Positions 53,532 through 63,266 are shown, numbered from the stretch's first letter. The stretch: DNA of 64,000 nucleotides from Pelagibacteraceae bacterium (GCA_038124805.1 JAYPCR010000001.1:2122-66121); one strand, 5' to 3'. Notes: generated by a model not told the origin, from the sequence alone. A program made the numbers and translations.

Positions 53532-53923
53532 TGAATAAAAAAAAAATATTAATAGTTATAGCTGATTATTATAAAGAAATTGCAAACGGATTATTAAATA
53601 GTGCTAATCAAAAACTTTCAAAAAATTTTATAATTAAATCTATAAATGTACCTGGAGCCTTTGAAATTCCAATAACTATTGCTAAAAATATTAAAAGATA
53701 TGATGGTTTTATCGCACTTGGTTGCGTAATAAAAGGCCAAACACCACATTTTGATTTTATTTCTCAAGCAGCGACTAATGCCATAATGAACTTAGGCGTA
53801 GAATTTAAAAAACCAATTGGTAATGGTATTATAACTTGTCTTAACATGAAGCAAGCTATCGCTAGAAAAAAGAAAGGTGCAGAAGCTGCTAGTGCCGTTA
53901 TATCGATACTTTCTCAAAAATGA
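53531..53923 (+). CDS. ribH: Lumazine synthase
   Basis: VPGAFEIP, ALGCVIKGQTPHFD, PIGNGIIT. Confidence 0.96.
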   Translation: MNKKKILIVIADYYKEIANGLLNSANQKLSKNFIIKSINVPGAFEIPITIAKNIKRYDGFIALGCVIKGQTPHFDFISQAATNAIMNLGVEFKKPIGNGIITCLNMKQAIARKKKGAEAASAVISILSQK

Positions 53924-54324
53924 GAACCTCTTATAGTCCCAAAAATAATCCTAGGGTTATTATTATTCAAAAGTTGTATGGCAGTCTTTATAATAATGAT
54001 GAAACAATTGAATTTCCCAAACATCGTTTTAAAAAATTTATAAAGGACGTAGTTAATGGAACTATAGAAAGAGATGATCTTCTTGATGACGAAATTAACA
54101 AAGTGCTTGGAGATGATTTTAAATTTTTAAATTTAGATAAAGTTTTTCAAGTTATTTTAAAATCAGCAGCTTATGAGTTTTTATATAAACCTAATGTTTC
54201 ATTAAAAATCATTATTAATGAATACCTTAAGGCATCAAACTTTTTTTTAGAAGACTCTCAAACAAAATATTTAAATGCTCTTCTTGATAATCTAGGTAAA
54301 AATTTAAGAAATTCTAATGCATGA
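53920..54324 (+). CDS. nusB: Transcription antitermination factor NusB
   Basis: ILKSAAYE, IIINEYL, YLNALLD; conserved ribH-nusB-thiL order. Confidence 0.88.
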   Translation: MRTSYSPKNNPRVIIIQKLYGSLYNNDETIEFPKHRFKKFIKDVVNGTIERDDLLDDEINKVLGDDFKFLNLDKVFQVILKSAAYEFLYKPNVSLKIIINEYLKASNFFLEDSQTKYLNALLDNLGKNLRNSNA

Positions 54325-55276
54325 ATTTGATCTAATTAACAAATATTTTTATCATTTATCTAAAAAAAACCCTTCATCACTAAATTTAAACGACGATGTT
54401 TTTTTTGATAAATCTCAAAAATTAGTTGTTTCTGTAGACACCTATATTCAAGGAAAGCATTTTTTAAATTTTAATCGTCCAGAGTTAGTCATTAAAAAGA
54501 TTTTAAGATCTTCAATATCTGATTTAGTTTGCAAAGGTGTTTATCCTAAATATTATTTTATCAGTGCAAGTGGTAATAAATTAAATTTTACAAAATTAAA
54601 TTTATCTAAAATATCTAAATCTCTAAAAGAGGAACAAAAAAAATATAAAATATTTTTATCTGGTGGTGATACCGTAAACTCAAATAAACTAAGTTTTTCT
54701 ATTACGACTGTTGGTAAAGCAAATAGTATTGTTTTTAGAAATAAAGCTAAACTTAATGATGACATTTATGTTACTGGAAATTTGGGTGATAGTTTTATTG
54801 GTTTAAAAGTATTGCAAAAAAAACTCTTTTTAAATAAATCACTGTCAAATTATTTCATTGATAAATACTACAAACCAGATCTTCCATATGTTTTGATTTC
54901 AAGTCTTAATAATATAGCAAATACATCTATGGATATATCAGATGGACTTTTTTCAGATATTGAAAAGTTGATTAATAAACAAAAACTTTCTTATGAGATT
55001 GATATTGATAAAATTCCAATTTCAAGAAATTTATTAAAGATACTGAATTTAAAAAAATTGAAAAAGGAAAATTTAATTTCTAACGGTGACGACTATCAGA
55101 TACTGTTTACAGCTGATAAAAGAAAAAATAGAATCATTCAAATGCTTGCTAAAAAACTACAAATCAAGATAACAAAAATTGGAAATATAACTTATCAGTC
55201 AAAAATGCCTGGATTAATACTAAAAAAAGGAAGAAAAATTAGGGTTAATCAAAAAGGCTATTATCACCAATTTTAA
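54317..55276 (+). CDS. thiL: Thiamine-monophosphate kinase
   Basis: EFDLI, LNDD, SISDL, GGDT, TGNLGDS, DISDGL, GDDYQIL. Confidence 0.95.
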   Translation: MHEFDLINKYFYHLSKKNPSSLNLNDDVFFDKSQKLVVSVDTYIQGKHFLNFNRPELVIKKILRSSISDLVCKGVYPKYYFISASGNKLNFTKLNLSKISKSLKEEQKKYKIFLSGGDTVNSNKLSFSITTVGKANSIVFRNKAKLNDDIYVTGNLGDSFIGLKVLQKKLFLNKSLSNYFIDKYYKPDLPYVLISSLNNIANTSMDISDGLFSDIEKLINKQKLSYEIDIDKIPISRNLLKILNLKKLKKENLISNGDDYQILFTADKRKNRIIQMLAKKLQIKITKIGNITYQSKMPGLILKKGRKIRVNQKGYYHQF

Positions 55277-55285
55277 AGTTATTTA

Positions 55286-55313
55286 TTGCCTTTTATGACT
55301 TTTTTTGTATTGT
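55286..55313 (+). promoter_or_regulatory. Putative sigma70 promoter of hppA
   Basis: TTGCCT, 16 nt, TATTGT in the thiL-hppA gap. Confidence 0.5.
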
Positions 55314-55354
55314 CCGGCCTTAAATAACTAACAACCAACAACATTAAGGCAAAA

Positions 55355-57460
55355 ATGAATACAACAGTAGAAACAATTTTATTATACACAATAGCAGCTG
55401 GTTTTTTATCTATAGTCTACGGATTTTTTACAGGTAGAAATATTTTAAATCAAAGTGCTGGAAATGCAAAAATGCAAGAGATTGCATCAGCGGTTCAAAT
55501 TGGAGCTAAAGCTTATTTAGCAAGACAATATAAAACTATAGCAATTGTTGGTGTTGTGGTTTTAGTAATTGTGAGCATTGCATTTAGTCCTTTAGTTGGT
55601 TTAGGATATTTAATTGGTGCTACGTTATCAGGAATTGCTGGATATGTAGGTATGTTGGTTTCAGTTCAAGCTAACGTTAGAACTGCAGAAGCTTCAAGAA
55701 AAGGTTTGTCTAGCGGTTTAGCAGTAGCTTTTAAATCTGGTGCTGTTACAGGTATGTTAGTTGCTGGTTTAGCTTTGCTTTCGATAGCAGTTTATTATTA
55801 TTTTTTAGTTAAGTATAATATTGAAGAAAGAGAAGTTGTTAATGCTCTTGTTGCTTTAGGATTTGGAGCTTCTTTAATATCTATATTTGCAAGATTAGGT
55901 GGCGGTATATTTACTAAAGGTGCTGATGTAGGTGCTGATTTAGTAGGTAAAGTTGAGGCTGGTATTCCTGAAGATGATCCAAGAAACCCTGCGGTAATCG
56001 CAGATAACGTTGGAGACAATGTTGGAGATTGTGCTGGTATGGCAGCAGATTTATTTGAAACTTATGCTGTAACAATTGTTGCTACAATGGTTTTATCGTC
56101 AATATTTTTCCATTCAGATTTAAATATGATGATTTATCCTCTAACTATTGGTGGAGCTTGTATTTTAACATCAATTATTGGTACTTTTTTTGTGAAGTTA
56201 GGCAAAGATAAAAATATTATGAATGCTTTATATAAGGGCTTTGTTGTATCAGCAATTGCTTCACTTATTATTTTATATCCAGTTACTGATTATGTTATTG
56301 GAATGGATAGTAATTATAATTTAAATGACAATTCTTTTACTGGAATGAGTTTATATTTTTGTGGTGTTATAGGATTAGCTATTACTGGACTTTTAATTTG
56401 GGTAACTGAATATTATACTGGAACAAATTATAGACCTGTAAGAAGTGTAGCTGCTTCATCTACTACTGGACATGGAACTAACGTTATTCAAGGTTTAGCT
56501 ATTTCAATGGAGGCTACTGCGATACCAGCTCTTATTATTGTAGCTGGAATTATGTTAACAAATTATTTGGCAGGTTTATATGGAATCGCTATTTCTGTAA
56601 CAACGATGCTTGCTCTTGCAGGTATGGTTGTAGCTCTTGATGCATATGGCCCAGTTACTGATAATGCAGGCGGTATTGCTGAAATGTCTAAATTAGACAA
56701 AAAAGTTAGAAAAACAACTGACGCTTTAGATGCTGTTGGAAACACTACAAAAGCTGTTACCAAAGGTTATGCAATTGGATCTGCTGGTTTAGGAGCTTTA
56801 GTTCTATTTGCTGCATATACTGAAGATATTAAATATTTTTCAAATGTTGCTGGCTCAAAATTAGAAGGCATTATTGTAACTTTCGATTTATCAAATCCAT
56901 ATGTTGTAGTTGGATTATTAATTGGAGGAATGCTACCATATTTATTTGGTTCTATGGGAATGCAAGCAGTTGGTAGAGCAGGCGGGTCTGTTGTTATAGA
57001 AGTTAGAAGACAATTTAAAAAATTTCCTGGAATTATGTCTGGTAAACAAAAACCAGATTATGCAAAATTAGTTGATTTACTAACTGTTGCTGCAATTAAG
57101 GAAATGATTATTCCTTCATTGCTACCAGTTTTATCTCCAATAGTTTTATATTTTGTAATTTATGCAATTGGTGGTCAAGTAGCTGCTTTAGCATCAGTTG
57201 GAGCAATGTTACTTGGTGTTATCATTACAGGCTTATTTGTTGCGGTATCTATGACAGCCGGTGGTGGTGCATGGGATAATGCAAAAAAATATATCGAAGA
57301 TGGAAATCATGGTGGCAAAGGTTCTGAAGCACATAAAGCAGCAGTAACTGGTGACACTGTGGGAGATCCATACAAAGATACAGCAGGTCCTGCAGTTAAT
57401 CCAATGATTAAGATTACAAATATTGTAGCTTTATTATTGTTAGCTGTTATCGCTGGCTAA
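55355..57460 (+). CDS. hppA: Membrane H+-translocating pyrophosphatase, K+-independent type
   Basis: [45 protein letters not shown]. Confidence 0.97.
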   Translation: MNTTVETILLYTIAAGFLSIVYGFFTGRNILNQSAGNAKMQEIASAVQIGAKAYLARQYKTIAIVGVVVLVIVSIAFSPLVGLGYLIGATLSGIAGYVGMLVSVQANVRTAEASRKGLSSGLAVAFKSGAVTGMLVAGLALLSIAVYYYFLVKYNIEEREVVNALVALGFGASLISIFARLGGGIFTKGADVGADLVGKVEAGIPEDDPRNPAVIADNVGDNVGDCAGMAADLFETYAVTIVATMVLSSIFFHSDLNMMIYPLTIGGACILTSIIGTFFVKLGKDKNIMNALYKGFVVSAIASLIILYPVTDYVIGMDSNYNLNDNSFTGMSLYFCGVIGLAITGLLIWVTEYYTGTNYRPVRSVAASSTTGHGTNVIQGLAISMEATAIPALIIVAGIMLTNYLAGLYGIAISVTTMLALAGMVVALDAYGPVTDNAGGIAEMSKLDKKVRKTTDALDAVGNTTKAVTKGYAIGSAGLGALVLFAAYTEDIKYFSNVAGSKLEGIIVTFDLSNPYVVVGLLIGGMLPYLFGSMGMQAVGRAGGSVVIEVRRQFKKFPGIMSGKQKPDYAKLVDLLTVAAIKEMIIPSLLPVLSPIVLYFVIYAIGGQVAALASVGAMLLGVIITGLFVAVSMTAGGGAWDNAKKYIEDGNHGGKGSEAHKAAVTGDTVGDPYKDTAGPAVNPMIKITNIVALLLLAVIAG

Positions 57461-57932
57461 TCTCTTTTCGTTTTTTGGCCCTCTGACCAAGAGGGTCATT
57501 AATTTTTTGTCTCATACTAGACATAAATTCATAAATAAATGAATTTCCTCTATATGTTGAACCTGTTGTTTCCTTAGCAATTTTAATTTCTTCCATATCG
57601 TTCAAATCATAAAGTTCTTTTTTTCTTAAAATTCCCATTTTATCAATCTCTAAAACTAACACATCATTTTTATAAATTTTCATTTGCCCTAAGTTTTTTA
57701 ATTCTGATTGTGTTTGCTTTCTTTCAATATAAATCCAAATATCATTATCAAATTTACTTGTTGTAGATGGATTTCCTAAAATTTTTCTAATATCATTTTT
57801 GTTTGACTCGTTTACTATTAATGAATTTTGTTTTTTTTCAAGAAATGGTACACCGTGATGCTTTACTACTTTTTTGGGACTACAATTTGTAACTGTTATT
57901 AAAATCAAAAATATATATAATATTTTATTCAT
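57447..57932 (-). CDS. bamE: Outer membrane assembly lipoprotein BamE (SmpA/OmlA)
   Basis: Lipoprotein-type signal ending in VTNC, ILGNPS, WIYI; divergent from a cbp3-like gene as in other alphaproteobacteria. Confidence 0.82.
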   Translation of the reverse strand: MNKILYIFLILITVTNCSPKKVVKHHGVPFLEKKQNSLIVNESNKNDIRKILGNPSTTSKFDNDIWIYIERKQTQSELKNLGQMKIYKNDVLVLEIDKMGILRKKELYDLNDMEEIKIAKETTGSTYRGNSFIYEFMSSMRQKINDPLGQRAKKRKEISQR

Positions 57933-58398
57933 GAGTGATTATTATCTAAATATTTACAATACTTTAATAAATTTCACTAGAAATAAAGATTTGTATCTTT
58001 CTCTCAATCGACAGGATAATTTTTCTGATAGATTAACCTTATTTTTATTACATTTTGCTTTTTTTCTAAAGAATTACAAAAACGAGGAAAACAAAAAAAT
58101 CTTACAAGAAATATATGATTTTAGTTTTAGACAATTAGAATTAAGTATTAGAGAAATTGGTTATGGTGATCAATCTATCAACAAAAAAATGAAAGATTAT
58201 ATAAATTTATTTCATGCAATGATCTCTGAAATTCATTTTTGGGAGGATTTAAACCCAACTGAGAGAATTAATAAATTATCATTATTCTTATCAGAATATG
58301 ATAAAATAGATGAATTAGTTGCATATTTTCAAAATTTTAATGAAGATTTGTCAAAAAAGTCTTTGAATTTATTTATAAAAAGTGTAAGTAACCACTAA
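57931..58398 (+). CDS. Ubiquinol-cytochrome c chaperone (Cbp3/UQCC1 family), start at ATG 57931
   Basis: DNFSDR...[23 protein letters not shown] motif; synteny. Confidence 0.8.
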   Translation: MSDYYLNIYNTLINFTRNKDLYLSLNRQDNFSDRLTLFLLHFAFFLKNYKNEENKKILQEIYDFSFRQLELSIREIGYGDQSINKKMKDYINLFHAMISEIHFWEDLNPTERINKLSLFLSEYDKIDELVAYFQNFNEDLSKKSLNLFIKSVSNH

Positions 58399-58400
58399 TT

Positions 58401-58583
58401 ATGGCTGTACCAAAGCGTAAACAAACCCCATCCAGAACAGGAATGAGAAGGGCTCAAAATATGAAATTTTCAACTAAAAATATAGTTGAAGATAAAAAGT
58501 CTGGTGAATATAGACTTTCACATCATTTAGACCTTAAAACTGGCATGTATAAGGGTAGACAAGTCTTAGACCCTAAGGAATAA
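58401..58583 (+). CDS. rpmF: 50S ribosomal protein L32 (Cys-free)
   Basis: [27 protein letters not shown]. Confidence 0.96.
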   Translation: MAVPKRKQTPSRTGMRRAQNMKFSTKNIVEDKKSGEYRLSHHLDLKTGMYKGRQVLDPKE

Positions 58584-58603
58584 TAGTTTCTTATAAATTG
58601 TAG

Positions 58604-59608
58604 ATGTCAAATTTAGTTAAAATTGCAGTTGATGCAATGGGCGGAGACAATTCTCCAAAAAAAATAATTGATGGCATAGTTTTAAATAATCAAAAAAATA
58701 AAGATATTTTCTATAAAATTTTTGGAAATAAATCTAAAATCGAAGAACATATTGACGGTAAAATTGATAAAAACTATTTTGAAATAGTTCACACAGATAA
58801 TTTAGTTAAAAGTACAGATAGTCCGCTTGAAGGTGCCAAAAGAGGCAAAGATACAAGTATGTGGTTAGCTATTGAAAGTGTAAAAAATAAAGAGTCAGAT
58901 ATCATCATTTCTGCAGGAAATACAGGCGCCTTATTAGTTATATCAAAATTAAATTTAAAAATGATTGAGAATATAGATAAACCAGCTTTATCTGCATTGT
59001 GGCCTAACAAAAAAGGAATGAGTGTAGTTTTAGATTTAGGAGCAAATATTGAATGTAGTTCAAAAAATTTGACAGATTTTTCAATTATGGGTGCATCATT
59101 GTACAGATCTCTTTATCCAAATGAAGTCCCAAATGTTGCTTTACTTAATATTGGTTCAGAAGAAATAAAAGGCAATGAAACTATTAAAGAGACTTTTCAA
59201 ATATTAACAGAAAAAAAATCTAAAAAAGATTTTAATTTTTCAGGGTATATCGAAGGTAATCAGCTGATGAATGGAGATATAGATGTTATTGTTGCTGACG
59301 GATTTACTGGAAATATAGCTTTAAAAACAGCGGAAGGAACAGCTAACTTTATTACGGGTGAATTAAAAAAAGCAATGATGGGAAATCTGATTGGTAAAAT
59401 TTCATCTTTTTTAAACATGTCAAATTTGAAAAAATTTAAAAAAAGATTAGATCCAAGGTTGTATAATGGAGCAATATTTATTGGTTTAGATTCACCAGTT
59501 GTCAAAAGTCATGGAGGAACTGACTATGTTGGATTTTCTAATTCTATAGATGTATGCTATAAGATTGTTAAAGGTGATTTAATTAGTAAAATTAAAGAAA
59601 ACATTTAA
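58604..59608 (+). CDS. plsX: Phosphate acyltransferase PlsX
   Basis: IAVDAMGGD, SAGNTGAL, LDLGAN, DGFTGNIALK, VVKSHG. Confidence 0.98.
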   Translation: MSNLVKIAVDAMGGDNSPKKIIDGIVLNNQKNKDIFYKIFGNKSKIEEHIDGKIDKNYFEIVHTDNLVKSTDSPLEGAKRGKDTSMWLAIESVKNKESDIIISAGNTGALLVISKLNLKMIENIDKPALSALWPNKKGMSVVLDLGANIECSSKNLTDFSIMGASLYRSLYPNEVPNVALLNIGSEEIKGNETIKETFQILTEKKSKKDFNFSGYIEGNQLMNGDIDVIVADGFTGNIALKTAEGTANFITGELKKAMMGNLIGKISSFLNMSNLKKFKKRLDPRLYNGAIFIGLDSPVVKSHGGTDYVGFSNSIDVCYKIVKGDLISKIKENI

Positions 59609-59612
59609 TTTA

Positions 59613-59906
59613 ATGAGAGTAAATTTAACTAAAAAAGACTTAGTTAATTTAGTTTATATGCAACTTGGATTTTCAAAACAAATATCTGAAAACTTAATAG
59701 AAGATTTTTTATCAACAATTTTTAAGAATATAATGGATGAAAAAAAATTAAAAATATCAAAATTTGGCACATTTTCAATTAGACAAAAAAAATCAAGAAT
59801 AGGGAGAAATCCTAAAACAAAGGAAACTGCCATGATCTCAAGTAGACAGGTTGTGTTATTTAAACCATCTAAGGAATTCAAAGAATTAATCAATTTAAGA
59901 GATTAA
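59613..59906 (+). CDS. ihfA: Integration host factor alpha
   Basis: KISKFGTF, RIGRNPKT, FKPS; plsX-ihfA-merR synteny. Confidence 0.9.
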   Translation: MRVNLTKKDLVNLVYMQLGFSKQISENLIEDFLSTIFKNIMDEKKLKISKFGTFSIRQKKSRIGRNPKTKETAMISSRQVVLFKPSKEFKELINLRD

Positions 59907-60277
59907 TGGACAAATCTGATAATGCTTATAAAACAATAGGAGAGGTTGCTAAAATTTTAAACCTTATTAATTCTAAAACAGGTTCGTTATCTACTCACAC
60001 TATTAGGTTTTGGGAAAAGGAATTTAAACAACTAAAACCAAAAATTCTTAATGGTAATAGAAGATATTATGATCAAAAAAATATTGATACACTTAAAAAA
60101 ATTAAATTTCTTTTAAAAGACCAAGGTATGACCATAAATGGAGTAAAAAAACTCTTAAATGACGGTGAACCTTTAGAACTTGACGAAATTGCAAATAAAT
60201 CTATAAGAGCTGATAATTTGAGAAATAAACTAATAAAAATTTCTAAAATTATAAAAAACTTAAAAGAATTGAAATAA
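59906..60277 (+). CDS. MerR-family transcriptional regulator
   Basis: TIGEVA, HTIRFWEKEF, RRYY, GMTINGVKK. Confidence 0.92.
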   Translation: MDKSDNAYKTIGEVAKILNLINSKTGSLSTHTIRFWEKEFKQLKPKILNGNRRYYDQKNIDTLKKIKFLLKDQGMTINGVKKLLNDGEPLELDEIANKSIRADNLRNKLIKISKIIKNLKELK

Positions 60278-60468
60278 TGGCAAAAAAAACACACGTAAAA
60301 GTAAGGCTGGTTCCTGAAAGTAAACCTGATAGTCCTTTCTTTTATTATGTTAAAAAACCTGCTGGTGGTGAAAAAGCAAAAGTTAAACTATCAGCTAAGA
60401 AATATAATCCAGCAACTCGTAAACATGAAGTTTTTGTTGAAAAGAAACTTCCTCCTCATAGTAAGTAA
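60277..60468 (+). CDS. rpmG: 50S ribosomal protein L33 (Cys-free)
   Basis: MAKK..V.L, FYYVKK, KKYNP..RKHEVFVEKK. Confidence 0.9.
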   Translation: MAKKTHVKVRLVPESKPDSPFFYYVKKPAGGEKAKVKLSAKKYNPATRKHEVFVEKKLPPHSK

Positions 60469-60759
60469 TTATTTTTTTTTAAAATTTCTTTTTTCGTAGT
60501 CGATATAAGACCAAATCATATTTTTCCAAATACGATTAGTTATTCTATGATCAATTTTTAATTTTTTTGATTTTCCTTTAATTTTCTTTAGAATTGAATT
60601 AATTCGTTCTTTATCAATTATTTCTTTTTTGAACTCTTTCAATTTAACTACTTCATTTACTAATAAGGTTCTTTTTTTTATTAAGGCTAATAAAGAATTG
60701 TCTAATTTATCTAGTTTGATTCTAATGAGGTTTAATTTTTTTTTGTTATTTGGCGACAT
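60469..60759 (-). CDS. Chorismate mutase type II (AroQ)
   Basis: L..IR..LD.LD..LL.LI.KR, K..IIDKERI. Confidence 0.85.
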   Translation of the reverse strand: MSPNNKKKLNLIRIKLDKLDNSLLALIKKRTLLVNEVVKLKEFKKEIIDKERINSILKKIKGKSKKLKIDHRITNRIWKNMIWSYIDYEKRNFKKK

Positions 60760-60801
60760 TTAATCAATTGGTTAATGTGATAATTATTATATGTATTAAT
60801 T

Positions 60802-61815
60802 ATGTTTGTAAACCAGGATCCATACCAAAACAATATTCGTAGATGGTTATTATTAATGTTTTTTTTAATTATATTAATCATTGCAGTTGGAGGATTAACC
60901 AGACTTACAGATTCTGGACTTTCAATTACAGAATGGGAACTATTTAAAGGAGTATTTCCACCTTTTACTTCTGATAAATGGAATTTTTATTTTAATGAAT
61001 ATAAGCAAATACCTGAATTCAAATCAATTAATTACGATATGACATTAAGTGAATTTAAAGTAATTTTTTATTGGGAATATTTTCACAGATTAATAGCTCG
61101 ATTAATTGGTTTGTTTGCTTTAATCCCATTAATAGTTATTTCATTGATATATAAAAAAAAAATAATTTCTAATTTTAAATATTTATCTATTTTTTTGTTA
61201 ATTTGTATTCAAGGTATTGTTGGTTGGTATATGGTAACTAGTGGCCTTGTTAATAACACAGATGTAAGTCATTATCGTTTAGCTTTACATCTTTCAATAG
61301 CATTAATTATTTTATCAATTAATTTTTGGTTCATCCTAGAAACATTTAAAATTTCAAGTTTTAAAATCAAATTTAGTAATTTTTTTTTAAATATTTTTTT
61401 AGTTCTAATTATTTTACAGATAATTTTAGGAGCTTTCTTAGCCGGTATGGATGGTGGTTTAATTTATAATTCTTGGCCAGATATGAATGGAAGTTTTGTT
61501 CCAAATGATATTAACTATATTGACTTATTTTTATTTAGTTCTTTAGACAATCCATCTGTTATTCAATTTTATCATCGAATAACAGCTTATTTGTTAATTA
61601 TTTTTTTAATTTTTTTGAATTATTTTACTTTCAAAACGAATTCATTTTCTAAAGCTATATTAATACTCGATATAGCAATTTTACTTCAAATTATTTTAGG
61701 AATTTTAACTTTAATAACTGGTGTAAAGATTGCGTATGCTTCTTTACACCAGTTAGGATCTGTTTTTGTATTAACCAGCTTTTTATATATAAAATATAAA
61801 AATATTATTAACTAA
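60802..61815 (+). CDS. ctaA: Heme A synthase (COX15/CtaA type 2)
   Basis: GGLTRLTDSGLSITEW, WEYFHR, GWYMV.SGL, YRLALHL, QFYHR, HQ. Confidence 0.96.
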   Translation: MFVNQDPYQNNIRRWLLLMFFLIILIIAVGGLTRLTDSGLSITEWELFKGVFPPFTSDKWNFYFNEYKQIPEFKSINYDMTLSEFKVIFYWEYFHRLIARLIGLFALIPLIVISLIYKKKIISNFKYLSIFLLICIQGIVGWYMVTSGLVNNTDVSHYRLALHLSIALIILSINFWFILETFKISSFKIKFSNFFLNIFLVLIILQIILGAFLAGMDGGLIYNSWPDMNGSFVPNDINYIDLFLFSSLDNPSVIQFYHRITAYLLIIFLIFLNYFTFKTNSFSKAILILDIAILLQIILGILTLITGVKIAYASLHQLGSVFVLTSFLYIKYKNIIN

Positions 61816-63136
61816 CAGCTTTTAAAGAACCTTTAGTAGATTTATTTAAAGCTTGCTCGATGTCTTCAATAATATCATCAACATGTTCAATACCTATTGA
61901 AAGCCTTACATAACCAGGGGTAACTCCTGCTTTTAACTGTTCTTCAGGTGTTAATTGACTATGTGTTGTTGACGCTGGATGAATTGCTAAACTTCTAGCA
62001 TCTCCAATGTTAGCTACATGATATAACAGTTTTAAAGAGTCTATAAACTTTTTACCAGCTTCTAAACCACCTTTTAACTCTATACCGACAAGAGCTCCTT
62101 TACCTCCTTTAAGGTATTTTTCAGCTCTATCAGCAATATTTTTATCATGTTCTGAAGGATAAATAACTTTAGTTACTTCCTCATGATTTTTTAAGAACTC
62201 AACAACTTTTTCAGCATTTGAACAATGTTGTTTCATTCTTAAAGCAACAGTTTCTAAACCTTGTATAACACCAAAGGCATTATCAGGTGATAAAGCTGCG
62301 CCTAAGTCTCTTAATAAAGTAACTCTAGCTCTAACAGCAAAAGCAACATTTGCTCCAGTTAGTTCTGGTACTACTTTACCCCAAACTGCTCCTCCATAAC
62401 TAGCATCAGGCTCGTTAAATAAAGGTTGTCTTTTTGGATCTGCAGTCCAATCAAAATTACCTCCATCAACAATACTGCCACCTATAACTGTTCCATGGCC
62501 AGCTATAAATTTAGTTAAGGAATGAACTACTACTGCTGCACCATGTTCAATTGGTTTACAGATTACAGGAGCTGCAGTGTTATCCATTATTAAAGGGATA
62601 TTGTGCTTTTTTCCAATTTCAGCAACTTCTTGAATTGGAAATACTCTTAAATATGGATTTGGAAGTGTTTCTGCATAAAAAGCTCTTGTTTTATCATCAA
62701 TAGCTTTTTCAAAGTTTTTAGGATCTGCAGGATCTGCATATCTAACTTCAATACCAAGTTTTTTTAGAGTGTGTGTAAATAAAGCTACCGTTCCACCGTA
62801 TAGATCGGTTGAACTTACAATATTATCTCCTGATTGTGCAACGTTTAGAATTGCAAAAGTTGATGCTGTTTGACCAGATGATACAGTTAAACAAGCTAAT
62901 CCACCTTCTAAAGCTGCAACTCTTTTTTCCAACACATCATTAGTTGGATTCATTATTCTTGTATAAATGTTTCCAAACTCTTTAAGTGCGAAAAGATTCG
63001 CTGCTTGATCAGAGTCCTTAAATTGATACGATGTAGTTCTATATATTGGAACTGCCACTGCGTTAGTTGCTGGATCTGATCTATAATCTCCACCGTGAAG
63101 AGCTATAGTCTCTGGGTGATTTCTTTTTGTACTCAT
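61808..63136 (-). CDS. metY: O-acetylhomoserine sulfhydrylase
   Basis: GNIYTRIMNPT, LYGGT, HSLTKF PLP lysine, ANIGDARSL.IHPASTTH; SAM riboswitch upstream. Confidence 0.96.
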   Translation of the reverse strand: MSTKRNHPETIALHGGDYRSDPATNAVAVPIYRTTSYQFKDSDQAANLFALKEFGNIYTRIMNPTNDVLEKRVAALEGGLACLTVSSGQTASTFAILNVAQSGDNIVSSTDLYGGTVALFTHTLKKLGIEVRYADPADPKNFEKAIDDKTRAFYAETLPNPYLRVFPIQEVAEIGKKHNIPLIMDNTAAPVICKPIEHGAAVVVHSLTKFIAGHGTVIGGSIVDGGNFDWTADPKRQPLFNEPDASYGGAVWGKVVPELTGANVAFAVRARVTLLRDLGAALSPDNAFGVIQGLETVALRMKQHCSNAEKVVEFLKNHEEVTKVIYPSEHDKNIADRAEKYLKGGKGALVGIELKGGLEAGKKFIDSLKLLYHVANIGDARSLAIHPASTTHSQLTPEEQLKAGVTPGYVRLSIGIEHVDDIIEDIEQALNKSTKGSLKAVS

Positions 63137-63142
63137 GTTCTA

Positions 63143-63200
63143 CTCCTTTTTTAGTGCTTTAACTTTATGTAAGGCGCACAATACAGTTCAAATGCCTACC
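63143..63200 (-). ncRNA. SAM-V riboswitch
   Basis: Minus strand GGUAGGC AUUUGAACUGUAUU GUGC GCCUUAC AUAAAGUUAAA GCACUAAAAAAGGAG: P1 AGGC/GCCU, pseudoknot GUGC/GCAC running into the GGAG SD of metY. Confidence 0.92.
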
Positions 63201-63216
63201 GATTATGTTATGAAAA

Positions 63217-63262
63217 TTTCCATTTTAGCTGTTGTAAGCCCGCAATAGGAACAAATCGGCAA
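63217..63262 (-). ncRNA. SAM-II riboswitch aptamer (in tandem, upstream of SAM-V)
   Basis: GCC GAUUUGUUCCUAUUGC G GGC UUACAACA GCUAAAAUGGAA matches the SAM-II core (GAUUU...UAUUGC...GCUAAA); UUCC/GGAA pseudoknot; P1 is only 3 bp. Confidence 0.75.
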
Positions 63263-63266
63263 ATGT

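Noticed and set aside
23857-57930. Longer N-termini given by the ORF track for gatC, soxB, folK, nrdR, ribB and the cbp3-like gene
   Set aside because: Downstream starts fit family N-termini and stop/start coupling better, so coordinates were adjusted
262-60294. Many 60-130 aa antisense ORFs in the track (e.g. 3382-3771, 4817-5200, 13536-13886, 31698-32042, 41926-42237)
   Set aside because: They lie opposite well-conserved genes and show no recognisable motifs; these are shadow ORFs of codon bias
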